A stretch of 64,000 nt of DNA from Blastocladiella emersonii ATCC 22665 (GCA_025594325.1 JANHCV010000004.1:2232001-2296000), one strand, 5' to 3'. Positions 1 through 10,137 are shown, numbered from the stretch's first letter. The notes: generated by a model from the sequence alone, not told the origin. A program made the numbers and translations.

Positions 1-636
1 GCGACCGTCGAGCTCGCAGACGGGACCACGTCGCGCGTCAACCTCCCCGCGCGGCTCCCGCACACGGCGCAGGTATGCACCGTACACGTCGGCGGCGGCG
101 ACTCGGACCTGTACCCCGTCACGGTCACGGTCGAGGCCTCGCTCGACGCGCCGGTCCGCGTCCAGCGCAAGCGCGCCGCGGGTCCGACGTCGAAGCTCAC
201 CATCGCCAACCGTTGGTCGCTCCCGTCGTCCCTCAATGCGCTCGCCGCGCACGCAGCCATCGCGGGCTCGCAGTCCAAGTCGTGGCGCGACGTCGAGTCT
301 GCCGCCGTCGCCCGCGCGCTCATGTCGCTGCCCGTGTTCGACACGCTGCCCGGGATCGCGGACCTGCGCCTCGCGCTCGCGGCCGCGGTCGCTGCGGTGC
401 CCGTGGAAGCGGGCACGGCGTGGATGCGCAAGCAAGGCCGAGCGGCGGGCGACGCGTTCGCGCGACTCGACCCTGAGCACCGCGCGGTTGTCGCGGCGGC
501 GGCTGTCGTTACCGGACGAACGCCAGGCGAGGTCGCGGACGAGGACGCGGCGGCGGTCGCGCGGAGTGTGCTGGGCGGTAGCGACGTGAGCGCGGAGGAG
601 CTCGAGATGGTGAAGGTGTTGGCGTTTGGGGTGTAA
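1..636 (+). CDS. 3' part of an uncharacterised protein (gene runs off the window start)
   Basis: Frame 1 is open from base 1 to TAA at 634-636 with strong GC3 bias (ATVELADGTT...EELEMVKVLAFGV*). A degenerate inverted copy of its 3' end lies at about 6530-6701. Confidence 0.7.
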   Translation, partial: ATVELADGTTSRVNLPARLPHTAQVCTVHVGGGDSDLYPVTVTVEASLDAPVRVQRKRAAGPTSKLTIANRWSLPSSLNALAAHAAIAGSQSKSWRDVESAAVARALMSLPVFDTLPGIADLRLALAAAVAAVPVEAGTAWMRKQGRAAGDAFARLDPEHRAVVAAAAVVTGRTPGEVADEDAAAVARSVLGGSDVSAEELEMVKVLAFGV

Positions 637-965
637 GCGATGATTTTTGAATGATATCGGTCTTTTTGGCACCTGTTACCGTGGCGGTCCAAGCTGAACC
701 GGCTTCCTCCGATCGTTGAGTGGCGCCACAAGCCGGTCAGGCGAGGCCTATTGGAGAAGACAAGATAAAATGGAAGGTCTGGAGTCGCGAACACGTTGGA
801 CGAGGGACGGGCGTGCCCGAAAGACGCGTCGCGCCACCTCGTGCTGCCCGCGTCAGTCCTTTCGAGTCCCAAAAGCGGGCTGATCACCCCAGGCGATTCA
901 TGCCGACGCTCGCTCCCACCGACCGGCTTCCATGTAACGAATCCCTCACATTGGCACTGTACAAC

Positions 966-3024
966 ATGGAGCAAACTGATGCATCGACCACATGTAAGTC
1001 CTGGCAGGATGCGCTTGCAGTCAAGTGCGAGTGCTTGTCGACCGTCCTCTCCATTGTCCGGCACACTCGGTCGCTTGCGAACAGCAGCAGCCAATCCGAT
1101 GTCAACCTTGTCATTCACGGAAAAACCTATGCGCTGCACCGATACGTCTTGGTCCAGAGCCCCTTCTTCGTCGCACTCCTTGGCGACGACTGGCTCGCTT
1201 CAATCGAACGCTGCGATCTCCGCGTCGACTTCACTCTCGGCGCCCAGCGTGATCTCGACGAAACCGACAAACTTGATGCTATCCCTGTCGATACTCGCGG
1301 AGGCAGCATAGAGAATACCAGCGCTATCCAGCTGGGCACCGATCTTACGCAACGCTCGCTCTTTGTGTGGGAAACGGTACTCGTCGCGCTGTACGGCGGG
1401 TGTGAGACGCTTGTCGCGTCCCGCATCACAACTTCAAACTTCTTTGACCACGTCGAGGCCGGAACATACTTTGGTGCGGAAATCTCGGCTGATTGCGTGT
1501 GGGGCTCACGGTTAACTGGGTACCCGCTCACTGAAACGTAGACATCGACTTGGTTGTCGAGGCGTGCCGTAACTTTTACTTGAATCTGCTCGCGGACTGC
1601 TCCACGACCGCCGCTCCCCCGTCGGCGTCCTTCACCGATTTTGCGGCTCGCGTCATGATCTACTGCGACGAAATGACGCTCCCTAAGCCCATCAAGTCGC
1701 TACTTGGTTGCACAATCGCACACCTCAAGTTTTTGGGCCCACATCCGATCACCCGTTAGTCTCGTTGCCAGACCGTATTGTCGCGGGGAGCGGCGGGATT
1801 CCTGCAGTGGGCCGAGGCGGCCCTACCCAGCGCCTGCTGACCCGCGACGTACGTCTACCCACGGTCGGCCGGCCGAGGTCATTTCTCCGAATGCCCGAGG
1901 CCACCCACGCCGACTGTGTGGCCGTAGTGTCTGGCACCGAGACTAATCACCCGTGCCATCCTCCAGCAGTGCCCCGAAAAAATTGTCAAGCACGTCTTTG
2001 ATGACGGCGACTTCTTCTCGCCCTCGGAAATCGCGCTGTACGAGTTCCTCTGCGAGCTCAAACTTCCCTCCGCCGATATCCTTCGGCTCGTGCGCTTTTA
2101 TACCATGCCCAAGTGTGACTTGGAGCGCGCCGTCAACTCCAAGCTTGCTGCCCGCAACATGCTTTTTGGCCTGGCGGTCAAGGCGGCAGCGTTCGACCAG
2201 TACGCGCTGGAAACAGCCGTGACGCGAGCTCAGCCCACCAGCAAAAAGCTTCCAGCCGACTGGTTTCAATACTTTCACGATGACGACGGAGATTTCGATC
2301 CCGGCTTAGACGAGGCAGACGAGGCAGACGGAGCAGAGGGCGCTGCTGAGGCAGACGAAATCGTGGACGAGGCTGCAGATGCCGATGCGGATTCTGATTC
2401 CGATACCGACGCAGTTGCAGATCCGATTATTGAAGCCGTCTCCTCGCTTAAAAGGAGCGTGCACGTAAATGGACATCCTGTCTTGCGTATCCCAGTCCAG
2501 CTTGACCTTTCCGACGATCCTTTCATGACCCGCGCCTACACGAGCGGCCCTCATCTCTTTGCTGGCTCTTGGTGGGAATTTAAATTTCAGCCCAAAGCAG
2601 CCGAGGACCAGGATGCTGGCAAAAAAATCGAGGTGTCCTAGTACGTTTCCATCGCACATCAAGTCGCGCGTCAACACGTCTTTGGTCCGCGCAAGTTAAC
2701 TTACCTGCTACGATTAGTTTCCGTGTCAAATGTGACATTCCGAGCAACTACGTCGACTCTCGTCAAAGGGCAACGTATCAAACTCAAGGATTTGCCTACC
2801 ATGTCCAACCACTTGGCAACCGCAACCGTGGCCCCTGCTCCACCACCTCGCATCTGAAGACATCCGTGTCTTCAGTCGCTGCATACGACTGGACCAAACC
2901 AAAACTGCTTAGCATTGGGAAGAAGTGCGCTGATTGGGACATGGCCCTCGTTGGCGTGGTTCCCCCGCCACTAGTTGATGGAAAGCGCCTGTTTCGCGTG
3001 CTGGTTGACCTGGCGACGATGTAA
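966..3024 (+). pseudogene. BTB/POZ protein (germ-cell-less/Btb2-like), copy 1, interrupted by a MITE
   Basis: MEQTDAS...SDVNLVIHGKTYALHRYVLVQSPFF is a BTB N-terminus. GT-AG intron 1474-1541 gives YF-D-IDLVVEAC. The ORF is broken at PHPITR by the insertion at 1757-1945 and resumes AILQQCPE. C-terminal exons end ...KRLFRVLVDLATM* (3024), matching copy 3. Confidence 0.8.
1757..1945. mobile_element. 189-bp non-autonomous DNA transposon (MITE), 17-bp TIR, 9-bp TSD
   Basis: Left end TAGTCTCGTTGCCAGAC (1757-1773); right end GTCTGGCACCGAGACTA (1929-1945), its reverse complement with 1 mismatch. Flanked by direct repeat ATCACCCGT at 1748-1756 and 1946-1954. Removing it restores the paralog-like reading HPITRAILQ. 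Confidence 0.93.
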
Positions 3025-3413
3025 CGTTGAACACACGGCAGTTATTGTTTATCTCAAAGAGAGAGCCACAAGTCATTGTTTTCTGAATGTAGTAGCGCCG
3101 CGTGATGGCGTTTGTGAGCTGATTTGCGTCCTGACCTGCAAGGTTAGTGCTCGCGATCTGTTCGTTTGTGCGGGAGCCGTCATGCGAGACGCGTTTCGAT
3201 ATCACGTTTGCGGCGTAACCCGCGAGACAAGGTCGAACGACATGTCACAGGAGCAGTCGCCACTCACCATCTGTGAGTTCTCACAGTCCACCAGCGTTTT
3301 TGCCGCACGCGAGCTCGGGAGTCTGGCGCGACCGATCGGCGCGACGGCGTCCATCAAACTCGCGAACGGGACCTGAAGCACGCCGCTCTTGCAGGCTCGG
3401 AGTCCAAGTCTAG

Positions 3414-3458
3414 GCGCGACATGAGTCCGCGGCCCTCGCCCGCGGGCTCATGTCGTGC
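3414..3458. repeat. GC-rich hairpin (19-bp stem, 2 mismatches, 7-nt loop) at the truncation point of BTB copy 2
   Basis: GCGCGACATGAGTCCGCGG-ccctcgc-CCGCGGGCTCATGTCGTGC. Confidence 0.8.
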
Positions 3459-4173
3459 AGAAAATCAGCACCTGTGACGTGAGGTTGAAGAAGGACTCCG
3501 GGGGAGTCTCCGCGGTTGCAGAGCAGTTTGCAAGCAGGCGCAAGAAGTAGCTGCAGCAAGCCTCGACGAGCAGATCAAGTCCTGAATATGAGGTGCGTCG
3601 TGCGCGCAAGGTCAGTCAAGGTAGCTGCGCGAAGGAACAGGCAGCCAAGTTTTTTTTTCCGCACCAAAATAGGTCCCGGCCTCGATGTGGTCAAAGAAGT
3701 TGCAAGCAGAGATACGCGCGGCGACAATGGTTTCGCATCCGCCGTAGAGCACGGTCAGGGCCGACTCCCAAGCATAAAGCGTGCGCTTCGTTTGGTCGAG
3801 ATACGCGCTGCAACGATCGATTTCGCCGTCACTACTGTCTTCGCTGTCGCTACCGGTACCAACATCGGTTCCATCGTCGCGGGGTAGCGTGAAGTCGACT
3901 CAAAGCGCACAGTCATTAGTCGCAGCGTGCCAAACATCGTCAAGTAGAGCGGCAAAGAACGAGCTCTGGATGAGGACGAAGCGGTGCAGGGCATATTGTT
4001 CGCCGTGGATGACGACAGTGACATCCGATTGAGTGCTGCTACCAGCAAGTGCCCGGGCGTGGCTGACGATCGGCAGACGATCGGCAGAAGGGTCGGCGTG
4101 CATCTGCACGCGGTCGCGAGCGTCTCCTGCCAGGCCAGGACTTCGGTATGGTCGATGCATCAAGTTGCTCCAT
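3440..4173 (-). pseudogene. BTB/POZ paralog copy 2, pseudogene fragment
   Basis: Starts MEQLDAST. Frameshifting tandem duplications of 5 bp (4130-4139) and 11 bp (4065-4086). In-frame TGA at 3900-3902 where paralogs have Arg. Homology ends after QVLIFCTT at the hairpin. Confidence 0.85.
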
Positions 4174-4452
4174 GTTGGACGGTGCCAGGGTGACGGACAG
4201 TTACATGGAAGCCGGTCTGGGGGAGCGATGGCGCGATGGTCAACGCGTGGGGATTGGACCAATCACATGCGCGCTTACAACGCGTGAGTGGCGCAACGCG
4301 ACATCGTTCCACCTCCGCGCATCATGCCAGTGCAGGACGCCCGCAATAACTCTCAAAGACCAGTCTCCTTGTTGCAACCTCAGTCCAAATTCACTTAAGC
4401 GAGGGATCAAAAATCAAAAATTTACTACTTCCCACAGCCCGCTCCTTCAGGT

Positions 4453-6264
4453 CTACATCGTTCTCAGCTCGATCATCACACGAAACATACGTTTGCCGCC
4501 GAACAAAGGCGGCGGAACCAGGCCGGTGTACTCGGCGGTCCACGCTTTGACATACTCGTTGCAGTCGATGGTCGTTGGGGCCGTCCACTTCCCTGGACAG
4601 GAACGCACGGCGCGCGTCTGCTCGGGACAAGAGATTGAGCAGATGGCTGCAGTGCGGGACGAAGGGCTTACCTGGTATGTGAAAGCGCGGGCTTGATACG
4701 CAGCACTATAGCGAACATCAACGTAGTGACTCGCTCGCTCATTGACAAACCGACGCCTAAGCCCCTCGTGTTAGTCTGTCAGTGTTCGCCCGGGATCGCA
4801 CCAGTGCTCCTAATAAGTTCACGTACATGTTCAAGCGCACTGCGACCTGGCCGCTTTTGAAACTCTCCTCTATGCGATCAAAGCGGAACTCCCACCACGA
4901 CCCAGCGAAGAACACGGGGAGGCTCTTGCAGCGACGAGCCATGTAAGGATCATCCGTAAGATCAAATTCCAAGGGAACGCGCAAGGTAGGATGTCCAATC
5001 GCAGAAACGCTCTGATGAAGGAGAGTATATGCGTCTTGGTTGCCGCGATCCAAGCCGCGGTGACTTAAGTCGTTCACATTCGCCTCGTATTGAGAGATGG
5101 GCCGAGCGTCGCTGCTGCGAGCGCCCAAGTTTGCCCTACGATTAGCGTCCACGTGCGACGAGCTCGAGTTTCGGTTGTTGACGCGGTCGTGAGTATTGCG
5201 TGTGTGGAACCAACCCTCGGGAAGCATTTGGTTAGTCGGACAACAGCTGCTCACGGCAGATTGCAACGCGTGCTGCTCGTACGCGGCCGCCTTAATGCAC
5301 TGCCCAAACACGCGGTCCTGGCATGCAAGCGGGGAGTTGACGGCACGTTGCAGGTCCGTGCGGTCCATGGCGCTGAAGCGCACGAGTCGAAGAAGGTCGG
5401 CGGGAGGCACGTTGAAGTCGCAGAGAAACTCGTAGCGCGAAATTTCGGAGGGTGACCAAAAGTCGTCATGAAAGACGATGAGGCATACGAAGTCCTCGGT
5501 ACACCGCTGAAGAATAGCGCGCGTCATCGGATGCGGGCCAAGAAACTTGAGATGAGCGATGGTCTCGTTGAGCAGCGAAAAGATAGCTGGCGGGACGATC
5601 ATCTCGATGCAGAACATCATCACGCGGGACACGAGCACGGCATACTCGATGTCCGGAGGACCCGCGCTTGCAATGTGGGCGAGCCAGTGCTTGTATACGC
5701 TGCAGCAAGCATTCTGGAGTTGATCCAAGCCTGTACACGAAGGGAAGAGGTCAGCCCCCTGTTCGTTCAAGCAGTACAAAGCTCACGCAAAACTCACGCA
5801 CCAAAGTAGATTCCAGCCTCGAGGTGTTCGAGGAAGTTGGCGAAGGTGATGCGCGAGACCATGAGCGTCTCGCAACCCCCATAAAGCGCGACAAGGGCCG
5901 ACTCCCACGCAACAAGGGTGCGGTTGATGAGATCGGCATCGGGATCGCTTCCATCGCTAGTGTCCACTTCGACACCGGCGCTGGTGCCCGCAAGCGTAAA
6001 TTCGACGCGAAGCGAGCAGCCCTCGATTGGCGCGTGCCAAAGGTCGCTGAGCAGCGCGGCAAAGAACGGGCTCTGGGTAATAACGTATCGGTGCAGCGGG
6101 TACGTCTTGCCGTGAATCAAAATGCTGATGTCGGACTGTTCGCCGGTTTGAGCAAGATCGCGAAAGTGGCGGACGAGCGAGAGCGCAACAGGCGTGCACT
6201 TGCACCTGGCTGAAAGCGTGTCCCGGAAGGAGGGTATCTCGATGAATTCATTCGTTTGCGTCAT
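4453..6264 (-). CDS. BTB/POZ protein (GCL-like), copy 3, apparently intact, multi-exon
   Basis: MTQTNEF...SDISILIHGKTYPLHRYVITQSPFF; conserved intron after YF-G; IAHLKFLGPHPMTR; FFAGSWWEF; final exon ...PPPLFGGKRMFRVMIELRTM*. No lesion found. Confidence 0.8.
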
Positions 6265-6459
6265 GTTATGCGGTGTCTAGAGATGCATGGTGTCCTTGTC
6301 AGACGGCGGGGTGGGAGGGCGAGTTGGGGAGCGCCAGGTTTCGAACGGAGCCGAGGATCGGCGGCGTGCACCGCATGATCACACGCGGGTGGCGCAACGC
6401 GACTTTCGCCTCGCCTCGCACGCTGGCGTCGATTATTCAATAGTTCCCGTTGATTGCTG

Positions 6460-7839
6460 ATGATGAATAGCACTCGATGGGCTGCGATGTATATCAGTGA
6501 AGTTAACACAACCGCCATCGTGTTCAAAATCGCCCTTACATGCCAAACGCCTGCACCCACCCAGCACACTCCTCGCGACTGCCCCAGCACTCTCGTTCGC
6601 GAACTCTCCCAGTGCTCCTCCAGCAGCAACGGTGGCCGCCGCGACGACCGCGTGGTGCACAGGTGGGCGATCTCGGGCAGCGCATCGAACACAGGCAGCG
6701 AGGAGAAAACGGTCCCGCCGCCCGTGCGTTCGCTCCTTGACGCAACCATCGCTCACCTCAAGTATCTCGGACCGCATCCAATTACACGCATGACTCTTCA
6801 GCGCTGTCCCGAGGATCTCGTACGCCGCGTACTTTGCGAGGGCGACCACAGATCGCCCTCGGAGCTCGCGCGCTACGAGTTCCTTTGCGAGTTTAAAATT
6901 CCCGCAGCCGACATTGTTCGGCTCGTGCTATTCAACACACTCTCCAACCGGGACCTGCATTGTGCAGCAATCTCGCCCCTTGCCGCTCGTGATCCCCTAT
7001 TGGGACTTTGCATCAAAGCAGCCGCGTCCGATACCGAGACGCTCCTCTTAGCTATTCTCAACTGTCGTCCTACCGACCAACGACTCCCCAAGGGCTGGTT
7101 TCCCTCAATCGATGCTGCATCAGAGCAATCTCAAGCTGCTTCAAGTTTCAACGGCGAAATGAGCGACATTTCGCCCGCTGCCAACAAAAGTCGCTCGGCC
7201 GCCGCTTCAGACTCTGACTTGGATGTTCATCCTGGCTCAAACTCGGATTCAAGTTCGGAATCGGAGGATGACGAAGCCATGAGCGAGGATGACGATATCT
7301 CCAACAATTACGCTTCGCTCGAAGCAAGCGTACGCTCGCTTGGGCTTCCAATCTTTCGCATTGCAATCGAGCTCGACTTGACCAACAAGCCTCTTGTGCC
7401 CGGCGGAGAGCCCCGCAAGTGCGGCCCGTACTACATCGCTGGTTCCTGGTGGGAGTTTCACTTCAAGGCCAACCACAAGCTTGACGAGGATGGGCGAATT
7501 GAGGTTCGAATGTCCCCGTACGTCGCCTCGTCCAAGCAGCGAGCAAGAGCCATGTTTGCTTGCCTGGCATCGCTGACGCTCTAAAAACCTAGGATCATCT
7601 TCGCTGACGCTGTCCGGCTCCGTATCTTTGCCGAGTACGCGGAACTTGAGCGTGACGATGTCCACCGCAACTGACGCCATTCTGCGCGGTGTAGGTTCCT
7701 CCACGGCCTGAGCCGCGTCATGAAAAAGGGCACGAGGGACAGCACCGATTCGTCGAACGCGACTGAACCCGCGGTATCGGCGGGCACCGCCTCCTCGTCA
7801 GCGAAAGCGATGCCTCTCCGACCGACCGATCGCAGCTAG
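6460..7839 (+). CDS. Chimeric gene model: antisense-derived N-terminus + BTB-family C-terminal half + last two exons of the 7-TM family
   Basis: ORF is open 6454-7517. BTB-family homology runs from about 6700 (TVPPPVRSLLDATIAHLKYLGPHPITR...YIAGSWWEF). Phase-2 introns 7518-7592 and 7635-7694 splice in frame to IIFADAVRLRIFA-E-FLHGLSRVMKKG...DRS* (TAG 7837-7839). Start codon and expression are unproven. Confidence 0.55.
6530..6701 (-). pseudogene. Degenerate, internally deleted, inverted copy of the 3' end of the gene at 1-636
   Basis: Minus strand reads TCGCTGCCTGTGTTCGATGCGCTGCCCGAGATCGC versus TCGCTGCCCGTGTTCGACACGCTGCCCGGGATCGC at about 325-360. It also carries GTCGCGAGGAGTGTGCTGGG...GCGTTTGGCATGTAAG versus ...GCGTTTGGGGTGTAAG. 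Confidence 0.85.
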
Positions 7840-8594
7840 AGTGTCACGCGGTGCTGCTAATACAAACGATGCATGGTCGAATTATGATATGAGAGTTGAA
7901 GGCACACCTCGTAAGGGCATTCGTTCGCGTGTGATGTCGAGTCGCACCTGAAACGACTTGGAGACGCGACGCTCACATCCGCGTGACTGCGCCACTCGGC
8001 TTTCCGATGGCGTTCGCGCGACCTCCGTCGCAATGCCCTTCCAGGACTGACCTGCTCGCTCCGCTCAAGCTGATTGCGAGCGTGGTGCCGGACTGCATGT
8101 AACATCGATGGGCGTGCTTCACGCGCGAATGGGACACGATCGTGTCTGCTCGCGGGGCTCCGCGTCAAGCCAATGATAAACGACGAGTCTTCACTGATCT
8201 GGGGATCGGCAGAGCTGATGGCCGACATCGGCCACGAAGTTGTCCGATGAAAATGTGGGATCTGAAGCCATGAGAACTGCGCATGTTCAGTTCTGCGACC
8301 GCGACCATGAGGGTCAAAGTGCTCAGCGGCCATCAGTGAAGCAGCAACGCGACACGGCAACGCTGGCAGAACCTGTCAGTCGAGGCGTACGAGCCCTACC
8401 TCGCGAGTAGAACGAAGCAAAAACTCGACGCGGGGGGCGAGACCGTGTTGAGAGAGGAATCAAATGGAGATGCTTGGGGACAAGCAGGCAGGTGCACGCA
8501 CACACGCAAAAATTCGAAGGAGAGAGGGAGGGAGCGAGAGTGGAGGGTACAGCAACGGACGAAACGGTTGAAGAGGGGAGGAGTAAGTAGCGGC

Positions 8595-9280
8595 TTACTT
8601 CTGCTCGAGCTCGACGAGGACGCCGCCGCAGTCCTTGGGGTGGAGGAAGACGACGGGCTTTCCGTGGGCGCCGATCTTAGGCTTCTTGTCGAGGGAGCGG
8701 ATGCCCTTGGTGGTCACGTCGAGGAGGGCGGCCTCGATATCGTCGACCTCAATGCACACGTGGTGGATGCCGCCGTCCTTGTTGCGCTCGAGGAACTTGG
8801 CGATGGGCGACTTGTCGCCGTACGGGTGCAGCAGCTCGATCTTGGTGTTGCCGAGGTGCACAAACACCGTGTAGACGCCGTGCTCGGGGAGCGCGACCTG
8901 CTCCGACACCTCCTTGGCGCGCAGCACGTTCTTGTAGAAGGCGGCCGACTTGGCCATGTCGGGCACGGCGATGGCGACGTGGTTGAGCACGCCGAGCTCC
9001 CACACGGGGTGGTTCTGCGGCGGCAGACCGGCCTGCCCCGCGGGCGCCGACGACCGGCGCGCCGCGGCGGCGGGGGCGGCCTCGATGGACTTGGTCGAGC
9101 CGGTCGAGTTGGTCCGCGAGATGGAGAACTAGAGCAAGGGCAAGGGTAGCAAGAAGCGGGTCAGCCTCCCGGCGACAGGGGCGGTTGATCCATGGTGTCG
9201 AGCAAGCATACACGGCGGACGACGCCGGCGGCGCGGTGGGGCGCGTTGGCGACAAAGCTCTTGATGTTGCGGGACAGCAT
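8595..9280 (-). CDS. MCEE: Methylmalonyl-CoA epimerase, mitochondrial (VOC fold)
   Basis: LNHVAIAVPD, VFVHLGNTKIELLHP, GGIHHVCIEVDDI, GAHGKPVVFLHPKDCGGVLVELEQ. Exon 1 (9280-9212, MLSRNIKSF..., presequence-like) joins in frame through intron 9129-9211. Confidence 0.95.
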
Positions 9281-9576
9281 GGTGTTGATGGCGTAGCAGC
9301 AAGGGCAGTGTTGGGAGCAGGAGAGAGGAGGAGGCCTGGGAAACCCTGCCCGCACGCGGGAGCGGTGGTGGCGGAGCGAGCCCGCGAGAGCGCCGGCCCA
9401 TTTCGGGACACTGCACGTGACTCTACGTAGCAACGCGTGCAGGACCTTGGAGCCAAGCCACGCGCGCGCGTGTGTGCATGAGCGACCCGATGCCGATGCG
9501 ACAAAGTCTATCGGTCGCGCACGTTCTCTCTCCCTCGTTCAAGCAACGATGACGTCGACATCACAACGTGTATTCT

Positions 9577-10137
9577 CTAGGGAGCAGCAGCGCGGCCCGT
9601 GTTGGTCATAGCGAGCGCGACCCAGCCGCCGATCATACAAAGGCCGCCGAGCGGGGTGATGGGGCCCATCCACCGGAACCGCGCCGGGTTGAGGACGAGG
9701 CAGTAGATGGAGCCCGAGAACATGAGGGTGCCGGCCGTGAACAGGCGCGCGGGGAGGAGCGACAGCGGCGTGGCGGCCGTGGGCGACGACGCGCCGCGGT
9801 CCGACGCGCGCATCGCCAGCGACACGAGGATCCCGACCGAGTGCAGCAGCTGGTAGTGCGCGGCTACATGCAGGTGTACGGTGTCAGTGCGGAGTGGTGC
9901 GACGGGGTTCAGGCGAAGGGCGGATCGAACCCGTCTCCCACGACTTGATCTTGCTCGCGTCCGTCACGACCTTGCGGAGGCCGTGGGCGCCGAATGCGCT
10001 ACATGGATAGGCCACGGAGCGTGAGGACCACTTTCATCGGAGCTCGCGGCGGCGTGAGCGGCCTACCCGAGGCACACGCCCGAGGCGGCGAGCAGGCAGC
10101 CCGTGGTCCAGAGCTGGTCGTGCGTGAAGACGGGCAT
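9577..10137 (-). CDS. TMEM256/DUF423 small membrane protein (3 exons)
   Basis: Spliced reading gives AASGVCLGAFGAHGLRK, WETAAHYQLLHS and FSGSIYCLVL...GPITPLGGLCMIGGW. Confidence 0.88.

Noticed and set aside
720-965. N-terminal extension of ORF 720-1541
   Set aside because: The paralogs start at MEQ/MTQ, corresponding to ATG 966; the upstream part is not conserved in frame.
3650-3659. T9 run (poly-A on the minus strand) in BTB copy 2, suggesting retroposition
   Set aside because: It lies inside the conserved intron just after the GTGCGG donor, and the copy retains its intron, so it is not a processed pseudogene.
7857-8360. 167-aa minus-strand ORF between the chimera and MCEE
   Set aside because: No recognisable motif, weak codon bias and no clear start context; cannot be supported as a gene.
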